Shown here in pieces: positions 18,704-28,600 of a DNA stretch of 64,000 nucleotides. How positions within the stretch are numbered: the stretch's first letter is position 1; each line of letters starts with the position of its first letter. The notes beneath the pieces are model-generated. The model worked only from the letters and a program-made list of their open reading frames with translations. It did no database searches and was not told the DNA's origin. The stretch is taken from IMG/VR virus record IMGVR_UViG_3300046514_000361; one strand, 5' to 3'. The position numbers were made by a program, and so were the translations under genes. Source of the DNA: an uncultured virus (IMG/VR IMGVR_UViG_3300046514_000361). Lineage: Duplodnaviria; Heunggongvirae; Uroviricota; Caudoviricetes.

Positions 18704-19080
18704 CGTGTGATTCCTTCGACCACCGCGATTGTCCCCGTCATGATGACGCGCTGCATTCCGTCTGCATTGCCTATGGCATCGAACACGTAATCGCCCTTTG
18801 GCACGCGCGACATTTTCGAGAGCGGAACGTTGATCGCGAATTGATTGCCGGTGATGACGATCTTGCCGCCGGTCTGATCGTCGTCGGGATTATTGGTGAT
18901 GCTGATGAGCGCGGTCACCTCCTCGACGGCATGGCGCATTTCGAGCGCAAAATGGATGCCGTCGAGCAAAATCGGATTGTTGGCGAGATCGTAGTACGCG
19001 AGCGCGTCCAGCCAGTCCTCGTTGGTGAACACCTCGATGGTCAGATCGACGCGAGGGATCGAAAGAAGCTGGGTCGTCAT
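18700..19080 (-). CDS. tail-associated protein (BppU-N-like)
   Basis: GDYVFD...IMTGTIAVVEGITR ending. Confidence 0.55.
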   Translation of the reverse strand: MTTQLLSIPRVDLTIEVFTNEDWLDALAYYDLANNPILLDGIHFALEMRHAVEEVTALISITNNPDDDQTGGKIVITGNQFAINVPLSKMSRVPKGDYVFDAIGNADGMQRVIMTGTIAVVEGITR

Positions 19081-19084
19081 CGCG

Positions 19085-20521
19085 TCACCGCCAGATGATG
19101 GCCATCATGTTGATGTTGGTCGGCCGCGTCTCGTTTCCGCCGGTAGACTGCGTTCCCAGCGCGCTGCCGCTCACCTTGATGTTCGTGATCTTGTTGACGT
19201 AGTCGAATTGACCCTGACCAACCTGCAACTGGGTGCCTACCCCACCGCCCCACGGCGGGCCGTGAAGGCCGGGGAACGGCCCCATCGAAACATCGTGCCC
19301 GCTCGTCGTGTCCCAGCCCTGCGCTGGATTCGTCGGACGCCCGGCCACCATTGGTCCGCCAAAATCAAGATCGAGCATTCCGCCGCTTATGGCCGCGTGG
19401 GAGTGACTTCTTACGGCATCAGTCTGCTTGGTGCCGACATGATCGCCCGCCGTCCCATCGCCGCGATCCGTGCGCGTGTTCGCGTCAGGATCGACACCGC
19501 TGCCGTGTGACCAGCCGCGAATGAACTGTCCCCGGAAATCGGGCACGTTGAAGGTGTTTGGATCGGGCGATCCGTAACGCGTCCCGATGATGCCGAACAG
19601 TCGCGCATCATTCACGCGCGACAGCGCCTGTCCGTTGCACTCGTATGCACCGGCTGGCGGCGTATCGGTTGGCCAGAGGTCGATTGTCCCCGGCACGCCG
19701 GTCGTCGGCGGCGGCGGGCCGCCACCACCCCCGCCGTTGATGCGGCAGAGAAGTTGAAGCTTCGTGCCGTCGAACACGCAGAAGATCAGGCCGCCGGTGA
19801 TGATATCGCCAGCCGCAAGCTGGCTCTGATCAGGCCAGATAAGTTGGACGGCGGGGAGCGCATCCATTTTCACCGACACCGGGCCGGTGTTCGTGTTCAT
19901 CACCTTGATGAGGTATGGATCGCCTGCCGATTGCAGCGTGATGTGCGGATTGAAAATTCCGACAATGGCGTTGGCCGCTCCGGTGTCGGTCGAAAATGGA
20001 ATCTTCAGCGTGAAATTGTTGACGGTCGTGTCGGATTGGAATCCGAGGAAGTTGATCATCTGCCAATACGCGCCGTCGAATACGAAAGCGGCGATTTGGC
20101 CAGACCGAAGGTCGCCAGAGTTGATGTCAGCACCGGTCGCGCGCTTAATCGCGTGCGCGCCAAGCCCACAGATATTGAGGGTCGATGCCCCGGTGTTGGC
20201 GTTGCCGATCTTGATTGCAACTGTCATGCCGACATAAAGCTGGGTCGGGACCGGCGTGATTGAAGCGGAATAGACATTCGCCGAACCGGTATCGACGCCG
20301 TATTCCTGAATCCACGGCGCGATCTGCAACGCCTGCCAAAGCTGCGTGAGGTCAGTATCGGTCGGCGTCAACCCGCAACCGGTGATGCACTGTACGAGTT
20401 CGCGCATCGGCTGCTCGAACGCGGCGGCCGGTGGGATTGAGCCAGCGCGACCGACGCTAGGGTCGCCGTTGATGTATGGCGCGTTTGCGTCGAGGACGCC
20501 GTATGGCTGTTGATACTTCAT
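19085..20521 (-). CDS. tail fibre protein with tail-collar domain
   Basis: GLTPTDTDLTQL N-term; PPAGAYECNGQALSR..LFGIIGTRYG...FNVPDFRGQFIRGW; ETRPTNI. Confidence 0.85.
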   Translation of the reverse strand: MKYQQPYGVLDANAPYINGDPSVGRAGSIPPAAAFEQPMRELVQCITGCGLTPTDTDLTQLWQALQIAPWIQEYGVDTGSANVYSASITPVPTQLYVGMTVAIKIGNANTGASTLNICGLGAHAIKRATGADINSGDLRSGQIAAFVFDGAYWQMINFLGFQSDTTVNNFTLKIPFSTDTGAANAIVGIFNPHITLQSAGDPYLIKVMNTNTGPVSVKMDALPAVQLIWPDQSQLAAGDIITGGLIFCVFDGTKLQLLCRINGGGGGGPPPPTTGVPGTIDLWPTDTPPAGAYECNGQALSRVNDARLFGIIGTRYGSPDPNTFNVPDFRGQFIRGWSHGSGVDPDANTRTDRGDGTAGDHVGTKQTDAVRSHSHAAISGGMLDLDFGGPMVAGRPTNPAQGWDTTSGHDVSMGPFPGLHGPPWGGGVGTQLQVGQGQFDYVNKITNIKVSGSALGTQSTGGNETRPTNINMMAIIWR

Positions 20522-20535
20522 TGATCTCTATCCCG

Positions 20536-21618
20536 TCAGCCGTAGGAGATTGTGCCGACAATCGGCATGTAGCCGTTGGAAGGCATCACGGTGTTTTCGT
20601 ATTCGAGGTCGAAGTGATCGACGCCCCCGGCTTGCGAGATCGCTTCGGAAATCCACGACCGATAGATTTCCTGGCCGGGCGAAGCGCGCTCCATGAACAT
20701 CGCTTCGACTGCCTGCTCGATGTTCGCGCGTGTTGCCTCGTCGTCGGTGGCGAGGTTGATGATCTTGAAGTTGATCGGGAACCGCAGCGGCGCGACGACG
20801 AAGAAATCCTTCACGGTGACAGGTCGCATGCGGTCGAGATGTGTGGTGAGCGCCTGCACATCCTCATCCAGCGGGAAGCCGTCATTCTCGACGGCGCGAA
20901 GGTCGTCACACATGAAGCGCACCGTCACGGTGCCGATGCCCATTTCGAGCGGGTAGCACCATGCGCGGGTGACGCCCGGCAGCATCAGCGACCAGTGGAC
21001 GTAGTCCTCGGCATCGCCGCCCATCGGAGGGGCCTGAATTCGCTCAAGCACGCGGGCGCGTAGCTCTTCGTCGGTTTCCTGATCGGTGCCACCTTGCAGA
21101 AGCTCGACGGCAGCGGTGGAATCGATCTGTGGCGGCGGCGCTGCTACGAACGTGAGCGAGGTGCCGGGATCGAGATTGCCGACCACGCCAGGATCAAGCG
21201 CGCGGATTGGTATTGGCGTCGGTTGGTCGGTGACGATGGTATCGGTCAGCGTCTCGAATAGCGTCGCGCCGTAGGATAGTTGCGTCGCCACCGGCACGAC
21301 CGCGCCACCTAGCGGCCCGGTGAATATGGCGGTGCCGACCGAAGGCGTGGCAAGTTTGCGACCGGTCGAGCCGTCCGCATTGACGAGCCAGATAAAGGCA
21401 TGACGGTCGAGCCACACTGTCTCGCTGGTATCTGGCATCAGTTGCAGCGCAAGCCAGTCGATGTACTGCAAAACTAAATGACAAAGCGCGCCTTGATTAT
21501 CGCTTAGAACCCGCAGCACGCTGTTCGGAACGTTCGCGTCCGCGCCCGGCAACGAGCCGCGTATAAGATCGCGAACCTGACTACGTACTGCGCTGAGCGT
21601 TGGCGTCTGCCATGGCAT
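20536..21618 (-). CDS. baseplate J / Mu gp47-like
   Basis: GGTDQETDEELRARVLERIQAPPMGG..DY..W. Confidence 0.9.
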   Translation of the reverse strand: MPWQTPTLSAVRSQVRDLIRGSLPGADANVPNSVLRVLSDNQGALCHLVLQYIDWLALQLMPDTSETVWLDRHAFIWLVNADGSTGRKLATPSVGTAIFTGPLGGAVVPVATQLSYGATLFETLTDTIVTDQPTPIPIRALDPGVVGNLDPGTSLTFVAAPPPQIDSTAAVELLQGGTDQETDEELRARVLERIQAPPMGGDAEDYVHWSLMLPGVTRAWCYPLEMGIGTVTVRFMCDDLRAVENDGFPLDEDVQALTTHLDRMRPVTVKDFFVVAPLRFPINFKIINLATDDEATRANIEQAVEAMFMERASPGQEIYRSWISEAISQAGGVDHFDLEYENTVMPSNGYMPIVGTISYG

Positions 21619-21621
21619 CCC

Positions 21622-22131
21622 TTATTCCTCGATGATGTCGTCCCAGAGGATTTGATAAGCGAGTTCGACTGCGGTCAGCGGCCCGCGATAGAGCCGTATA
21701 AGCGCAGTGATGCGCTGCGTATCGACACGCTGGACGATGACTTCCATTCCCGACGCAATGCGCAGATCGATGAACGGTTGGAGAGCCTCGCGGATGTAGA
21801 ACTGGATGCGCACGAGGGTCGAACCGCGCGCCGCTTCGACGCCGGTGATCTTCTCGCGCGAGAGCAGCCAGAGATGCGATCCGATGGGCCACGCACCGCG
21901 CCAAATAAGCCGCGCGTCGAGATCGCCCCACCAGCCCCGGCGATCCGTCGAATCCGGATCGGGCAAGATATCGTCGGTGCTGGCAAGGCGATCCGTTCCG
22001 AGCGCGACGATTACCGCTGTCGCAAGCGCCTCGGAATCGTCAAGCGTGCCGTCGCCCAGAAGAAGCCAATCGACCGAGACTTCGGTCTGGTATGGAAACT
22101 CGCCCTGTTGGACGAGACGGACATCGGCCAC
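21622..22131 (-). CDS. Mu gp46-like baseplate protein
   Basis: LATAVIVALGTDR...RRGWWGD...IGSHLWLLSREK. Confidence 0.9.
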   Translation of the reverse strand: MADVRLVQQGEFPYQTEVSVDWLLLGDGTLDDSEALATAVIVALGTDRLASTDDILPDPDSTDRRGWWGDLDARLIWRGAWPIGSHLWLLSREKITGVEAARGSTLVRIQFYIREALQPFIDLRIASGMEVIVQRVDTQRITALIRLYRGPLTAVELAYQILWDDIIEE

Positions 22132-23157
22132 TCAGCGGCTCACAAGGCTCGCGATCATCGTCGGCCCGCGCTCTGTGATCAGCGCGTAGTTCGCGCCGAG
22201 CGAAATGCCGAGCAGCAGCATGAGCGCAGGCACGAGGGGCGGTATCAGCCTTGAGCGTGGCCTGAATCGCTCAAGTACATTCGACATTTCCGTTTCGAGT
22301 TCGAGCGCCACCATGCTGCCGTCGATTTTGCCGTAGACGTTTTGCGCTACACCAGCCTCGGTGAGTACGCGCGCAAACTTGTGCTTGTCGGCATTGCCGC
22401 CGAGATACGTTTTCTTTTCCTTGCAATGAACGTAGCTGTCCTTGTCCTCAAGCATCAGATGGGATTCCTTGCCGGACAAGCGCGTGGCGTCCTTGGTCAC
22501 GTCAACGTAGCGGTAGGATTTGTCCACGCCTTGTTTGTAGATCGGCTTCTGTCCTTTCTGCTGCTTGCCGCTTTGGCTGGTGCCGTCGCCCTTGCCGGTC
22601 GAGCTACCGCTGCCACCGCCGCCGCTTGGATCAGTGCCGCCACCGCCGCCCTCTCCAGCGAGCGCAGATGCGCCACCGCCGCTAGAACCGCCAGAGCCGC
22701 CACCCTGCTGTTGATTCTGCTGCTTATCGACAAGCTGCATGCGCACCGTCTTTTCGGTCTGCGCACTCCAAAAGCCGCCGTCTGTCGTCATGTGAAACTG
22801 TTGGCCGTCGTCCTTGCCGCGATACATCGCGGTGTCGCCCTTCTCCATTCCCCACAGGCGATGCCGCCGGTCATCCATCACGGGGCACACCGGAAACGAG
22901 CGATTGCCGCCCATGAACTGCACGAAGCCCTCGGCGCCATCACTGACAGACCCGTCCTGGCCCTTGTCGGCGTCATGAACCACGGAAGTGAAACCATAGT
23001 TTTGTGGACTCTCGACACCGCCCCGCGACTCGCCCTTCATGAAATTGCCCTTCATCTCCTGCATGAATTTGGAGTCGTCGGCCTCGTGGATTACCGAGCG
23101 CGAGCCACCGGAGTAGTAGGAGCGGAACGAGGTGTGGGCGGGCGTAGCGTTATGCAT
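22132..23157 (-). CDS. Mu gp45-like baseplate spike
   Basis: QNYGFTS...GGNRS...DDRRHR...GDTAMY. Confidence 0.8.
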   Translation of the reverse strand: MHNATPAHTSFRSYYSGGSRSVIHEADDSKFMQEMKGNFMKGESRGGVESPQNYGFTSVVHDADKGQDGSVSDGAEGFVQFMGGNRSFPVCPVMDDRRHRLWGMEKGDTAMYRGKDDGQQFHMTTDGGFWSAQTEKTVRMQLVDKQQNQQQGGGSGGSSGGGASALAGEGGGGGTDPSGGGGSGSSTGKGDGTSQSGKQQKGQKPIYKQGVDKSYRYVDVTKDATRLSGKESHLMLEDKDSYVHCKEKKTYLGGNADKHKFARVLTEAGVAQNVYGKIDGSMVALELETEMSNVLERFRPRSRLIPPLVPALMLLLGISLGANYALITERGPTMIASLVSR

Positions 23158-23172
23158 GATCCTTTCTCCTTG

Positions 23173-24360
23173 CTAGTCTGTGCTTGGCAATTTGTCGGGC
23201 GGTGTCGTTGTTGGTGGCAATGGTGTTGGCGCCACCGTTGTGGGCTGCGGGGCGGTCGGATTCGTCACGTCCAAGTCGTTGCCGTCGTTCAGCGCCCAGG
23301 GCGGAACGAGTTCAAGCTCGGTCAGCGTCCCGCTTTTTGAATCTTGGGTAAACGTTGCGGTCTTGATCGCCATGTACATGTCGAGCATCGCCATTGGCGA
23401 ATAGACGCTGACCAGCGAACCAGCGCGCCATAGATCGTGTGTGCGTGGATTCGGCGCGGCACCCTTCATCAATCGACCCGGCATCATCCAACCTTGCACG
23501 GTGATGTGGACGCGTATGATCGTGCCGTTGTGCCACTTCGCTTCATTCTGGGCGCGCTTTTGCAGTTCAGCCTTACTCCATACTGGCTGTTCTGCCGGTG
23601 TAAGGATCGGGCTGTACCGTCTCAGCGCACCCATCGCTTCAGCATCCATTTCAGATGCCGTTGGTCCACTATTGTCGTTGCTCGCACCGGTCTGCCCATG
23701 CACGAGATACTTTGAATAAATCTCCGCTTCGGATATCAGGGCTTGGCATTTCAGGATGTTGATTCCTTCGACTAGCTCGGCGACGGCCGGTTCGCTGTGA
23801 TCGCCAATCAGCAGCAAATTTCCATGATGGTCGCTGCCGAGAATGACGCCGCGCGGGCGCGCGAGCCGCTCGATGAAATGCCCGATTGGTTCGCCAATGC
23901 CGACTTGCAACTGCTTGAATGGCGTTGGATCGACATTGCCAATCGGCAGAAACGCAACGCCGGTTGGGGCAGCGACTTCGTTCGCGACTTGCTGCAAATT
24001 CTTGCCGTCGAAATTCCCGGTCGGATGAATCACGCTGGCGCGGGCGGCATAGAATTGGACGCCCACGCCCTGCAGCATGACGCCCTTGTTTCCTTTGTCG
24101 TAGGCAGTCTGCCGTTCGTAGATGACGCCGGTTACAGCGAGGTTGTCGCCGAGATAAATCGCAGCCGGGTCGCCCGGCTTGATCTGCAGTAGCTGCCAGT
24201 TCGCGGGCGGCGGCTGATCGGGCACCTCTACGATATCAGCCGTCGTAAAGCGGAAGAGGGGATAGTTCTCGGCCCAACGATGCTGGACCCAAACCGATTC
24301 CCAGTTGTCGAACCGGAATCCACCGACGACGATGGTCGCTACCTCATCGCGATTAGGCAT
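23173..24360 (-). CDS. Mu gpP/gp44-like baseplate hub
   Basis: FDNWESV.V...GE....IERLAR.RGV..SD..GNL...LVEGINI. Confidence 0.85.
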   Translation of the reverse strand: MPNRDEVATIVVGGFRFDNWESVWVQHRWAENYPLFRFTTADIVEVPDQPPPANWQLLQIKPGDPAAIYLGDNLAVTGVIYERQTAYDKGNKGVMLQGVGVQFYAARASVIHPTGNFDGKNLQQVANEVAAPTGVAFLPIGNVDPTPFKQLQVGIGEPIGHFIERLARPRGVILGSDHHGNLLLIGDHSEPAVAELVEGINILKCQALISEAEIYSKYLVHGQTGASNDNSGPTASEMDAEAMGALRRYSPILTPAEQPVWSKAELQKRAQNEAKWHNGTIIRVHITVQGWMMPGRLMKGAAPNPRTHDLWRAGSLVSVYSPMAMLDMYMAIKTATFTQDSKSGTLTELELVPPWALNDGNDLDVTNPTAPQPTTVAPTPLPPTTTPPDKLPSTD

Positions 24361-24370
24361 GGGCGGCGGG

Positions 24371-25039
24371 CTATCCCGAGAGCGCGCGTCCGGTCATCCG
24401 CATGAACGCTGGATGCACGGTCTTGTTTTCGACGCGCAATTCGTCGGCGCGGCTCGCGTCCGCGTAGAGCCGATGAGCCATCACGATGCTCGCCATCGAT
24501 TTAGCGAATATGAACTTGAGCATCATCGGTAACGGCCGCGCCGTGCTGGTGAGAAATCCGTTGAGCGCCGCATGCAAGGCAACAATGACCTGGAATGTTG
24601 CCTGATCCATTTGATCGGCGGCGGTTTCTTCGACGCCTGCATACATGGTGTTGATATTTGCCTGCAGCGCCTCGACGTCAGAGCGGGTGACAAAGGTCGT
24701 GGCCGCGATCACCTTCGCCTCTGTTGCGAGACAGAGCCGCACGATGCAATCCCGGATCAGAACAGCACCGAGCAATACCGGCGTTTCGGCGAGCGTCTGA
24801 TTGCGCACCACGGCAAGCTGCGGCTGGGTCGCCAAGTTCTGCAGCGCGAGCGCGAAGCAGTTAACGAGCGGTGCTCCTGCAGTGTTGGTCTGCAAAAGCG
24901 TCTCGGCGTTGGCGGAAAGACGACCACATGCGACGCGGAGATCAGAACCGGTTCGCCCGGTCGCTGGCACAACACGCACGAGCGCGTCGAGACTGCGCTG
25001 CATGATGGCAGCGGCCTCTTGTGCAGTCTTCTTATCCAT
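24371..25039 (-). CDS. Mu gpN-like DNA circulation protein, C-terminal part
   Basis: VMAHRLYADASRADELRVENKTVHPAFM. Confidence 0.75.
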   Translation of the reverse strand: MDKKTAQEAAAIMQRSLDALVRVVPATGRTGSDLRVACGRLSANAETLLQTNTAGAPLVNCFALALQNLATQPQLAVVRNQTLAETPVLLGAVLIRDCIVRLCLATEAKVIAATTFVTRSDVEALQANINTMYAGVEETAADQMDQATFQVIVALHAALNGFLTSTARPLPMMLKFIFAKSMASIVMAHRLYADASRADELRVENKTVHPAFMRMTGRALSG

Positions 25040-25635
25040 CAGCCCGGCCCCGGAATATTGCCCGCGCCTATCGCGTGAAGGCGCAGCATTTCATCGACAT
25101 TGTCCATGACGGTCTTCATCTGATCGCGGAGATCATTCGCCGTCTGGGCGAGCATGCCTGCCGGGTTGTCAATCGTCTGATCTGGCACGCCATACTCAAC
25201 GAAGCTCATATCGAACACGCAAAACCCCCCGAACTTTTGCTCTTCCGCCCATCGGTAATTCATGTTCACCACATAGGCGGGCGGGATCGTCGGCAACTGC
25301 AGCAGGGCAGGGCCTTCCCTTTCGAGCGCGGCGATCAGCCGGTCGCGCGCCTTGCGATAGTCGCGTTGGTAGAGAAGCTCCGGTGTGTCAAATGGATATG
25401 CGATGCAGTAGCCGCGCACGCTGAACTGTCGCGTCTTGCGTCCCATGTCCTCCGGATAGCCCTGGTCCTTCTTTGGCCACTCGTGGAGCACGATGCGACG
25501 GCCGCTTTCCTTGCTGCCCGTCTCGACGTGGAAAAATGCACCGCCATAGGAAGCGGGCATGAGTTCGTCCCGCCATTTCGTGTTCGGGATATCGGTGATC
25601 TTTGGTCCCGGTCCAGGTACGAATGCCATTGTCAC
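25039..25635 (-). CDS. DNA circulation protein N-terminal domain (DNA_circ_N)
   Basis: WRDELMPASYGG..F.V...GRRIVLHEWP...EDMGR. Confidence 0.85.
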   Translation of the reverse strand: MTMAFVPGPGPKITDIPNTKWRDELMPASYGGAFFHVETGSKESGRRIVLHEWPKKDQGYPEDMGRKTRQFSVRGYCIAYPFDTPELLYQRDYRKARDRLIAALEREGPALLQLPTIPPAYVVNMNYRWAEEQKFGGFCVFDMSFVEYGVPDQTIDNPAGMLAQTANDLRDQMKTVMDNVDEMLRLHAIGAGNIPGPG

Positions 25636-28600
25636 TCGACTCCTGCTCGCCCGGTTGCTTCTCCTTCACTACCCTTACCGAGCGAGCTTGCTGCTGGCTC
25701 CATCTGCGTCTGACGCTGCACCGAGACTTTCTTGAACAAACCGCCAGATGAGGCGCTGACCTTCGTGCCACGCGGCGCATTGACGTCCACGGAAATCTTA
25801 CCGGTACCCTCGACGCGATGCGTAGTTGCGGCATCGATGTTGGCGCGGTCGATTGCGAGCATTGAGCCTGTCGGATCGCTGCGACCGCCGCGCATAGTTG
25901 GATCGAACAACCCACCGCGCGTCGGATCAAACGCACCACTACCCGTGGTCGGATCGTCTCTGCTGCGCGAACCTGAAGGATCGCTGCGGCCGAGGCCGGG
26001 ACGCGTCGGATCGCCGCCGAAATTGATTCCACGCGTTGGATCATCGCGACTGGCCGTACCGGATGGATCGCTTCTTCCGAGGCCGGGGCGTTGATTGAAC
26101 CCAGAACCTGATAAGTCTTTCGAGTCCCTGCTTGCCGTTCCTGACGGGTCAGAATTGCCGAGGCCAGGACGTTGATTGAATCCAGAACCCGATAACTCTT
26201 TCGAGTCTCTGCTTGCTGTCCCTGATGGATCAGAATTGCCGAAGCCAGGACGATTCCAACCTGAGCCGGAAAGCGATTTTGTGTCTCTGCTCTGTGAACC
26301 TGCGGGATCGCTCTTGCCGAGTCCTGGACGACCCGTGGCGTCTATCGCCGACGAACTCATATCTCTGCTGGCAGTCCCCGCCGGATCGGTGGCGCCGAGG
26401 CCGGGACGACCCGATGGCGTCATACCTGGAGTGCCATAGCCACCCTTGCCGATACCGCCATAGCCGCCAGCAAACGAGCGCCCGGCGCCGCCGGTCCACG
26501 TACCGCCGATGGACGATGGTCCACCTCCGCGCTCATCATCTCTAAAACCAGGAGGAAGACCGGAGACCGGAGCGCCCATGCCGCCAAGTCCGCCTTCACT
26601 AACTGGAATGCCACCGCCGCCGCCACCGCCACCACCACCGCCGGGTGAAACCATGCCCTGAGATACGCCGCCCTGTTCGAGCATCTTCTTTGTAAAGATC
26701 GACGCGCGCCCATCACGACCGACGTTGAGCACGAGCGGGCCGTTGTGTGCTTCCTTGAGCAAGGCTTGTTTGAACGCTGGCCATTCCTTTCTCGATACGG
26801 AGAAACAGCCTTCGGTAAACATTCGGTCGAGCGTGTCACCGCTGCCCGGATGAATCTGAATGCCCCCGCGCGGCTGGCCTGGATATTTCGGATCGTTGAT
26901 CACACCGCCAGCGCCGCCGACTGTCGCAATCGATCCGATACGCTGACCGATAGGACCGATGTCGCCACGCCCGATGTTCACGTCATACGTCCCATACGGA
27001 ATGCTGCCGCGCTTCATGCCGCCGCTTTCCCAGTGAAACGTCTGGCCGCCAAGCGCGAGGTTGCCGCCGATCTTGTACGGCCGGTTGGCTTGATCCGGCT
27101 CCGCACCCATCGCGAGCGGGCCACTAGGGCCAGTGCCGCCGCCAGCGCCAGCGCCCGCGCCAGCACCCGCACCGGCACCCGCACCATCTAAGTGAGTGAT
27201 CTGCCCGGCCGCCATCCGTTTTTGCCACTCTAACCATTTAGCGCGGCTGAAATTCCCCGACGTACCCGGCGACCAAAAATATTCGCCACCGGAAGTAAAC
27301 TGTTGTACGAAGCGACCGCTGCTGCCCTCACGTTGTGCGAGGCCGCCCGAGGAATTGTCGGTCGCAAAATTACTGACATTCGATCCGGCGAGAGCGGACT
27401 CAAGTCTTGCTTCAGATGCGGCCCGAAACCCTGCGTCGCGCAGAGCGCCAGGATTATATCCTGCGTAATAGCCACCCTCGCGCGTGGTACGCGCTTCGTG
27501 TTCAAGCGAATGCCCGGATACCGACGCGCGATTCATCGTTTCTTCAAACACAGCCTGATTGGCCGCCGGATCGCGATTTTCACCCGCGCCGATACCAAGC
27601 AATTTTTCGCGCAGCCACGGCTTTTGCTGCAATTCGGCTCTGAACCGTTCGCGATCTTTCGCGAGATTCGCGTTTACGTCGCCGCTGGCCGCTGCCGGGG
27701 TGCCCGCTGCCGGTACGGCTGCATTGCCACCTCCACCGCCGCCACCTCCACCGCCGCGATGCCGCCCACCGCCGCCGAACCCACCGCCGCCGAAGCCGCG
27801 ACCACCACCGCCAAACCCGCCGCCGCCGAATAGACCGCCAAGCATCGAGAAAATGCCGCCGCCACCGAAGCCGCGACCACCTCCACCCAACAAGCCGCCG
27901 AGCATGTTGAAAATGCCGCCGCCACCGCCGAGCAGGCCGCCAAGCATTCCACCGAAGCCACCCATGCCTCGGCCGCCACCAAACCCACCGAAGCCGCCAC
28001 CACCGCCCAGGCCACCGAGAAGTCGCCCGATCATTCCCCCCATCGGACCCATTGCAGGGAAGCCACCACCGCCGCCGCCACCGAAACCAGCCAATCCACC
28101 ACCACCGCCGCCACCACCACCGCCGCCACCGCCGCCGCCGCCGCCGCCGCCCGGAGCGTCCACATTGCTGCCTCCGAGCGTATCAATCGAAAAATGTCCG
28201 GTGTCGGGATTTCTCCAGTGCTCGCCGCCGCTCATTCCCCATTTCTGCTCAAGCGCGTTGAGCGTGCTGCGATTGTTCGATATCCACGCCTGCACATCAC
28301 GGTCCACGACGTTTCGCGAATGCTGCGCCCAATCGACGGCAAGTCCCACCGGGTGCTGCGAAGCGTTGCCGGGGCGAGCACCGACGCCGCCCAAATTTCG
28401 AACCGGCGCTCCCGCCGCAATCAGATCATTGAAGAAGCCCTGGAATTGCGCGGCGCCGCGTTTGTTGACCGTAACTCGCGAGCCGTTCGATAGCGTCACC
28501 GTCTCGCTCTCGCCAGCGCCTATCGGACGCGTGCCCGCAGGGACATTGAAACGGCCGCCGCTTCCGCCACCCGTTCCTGTATTGCCACCAACCGGCAAAC

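Noticed and set aside
24371..25635. Pseudogenised DNA circulation gene
   Set aside because: Two intact ORFs with TGATG coupling; more likely a natural split
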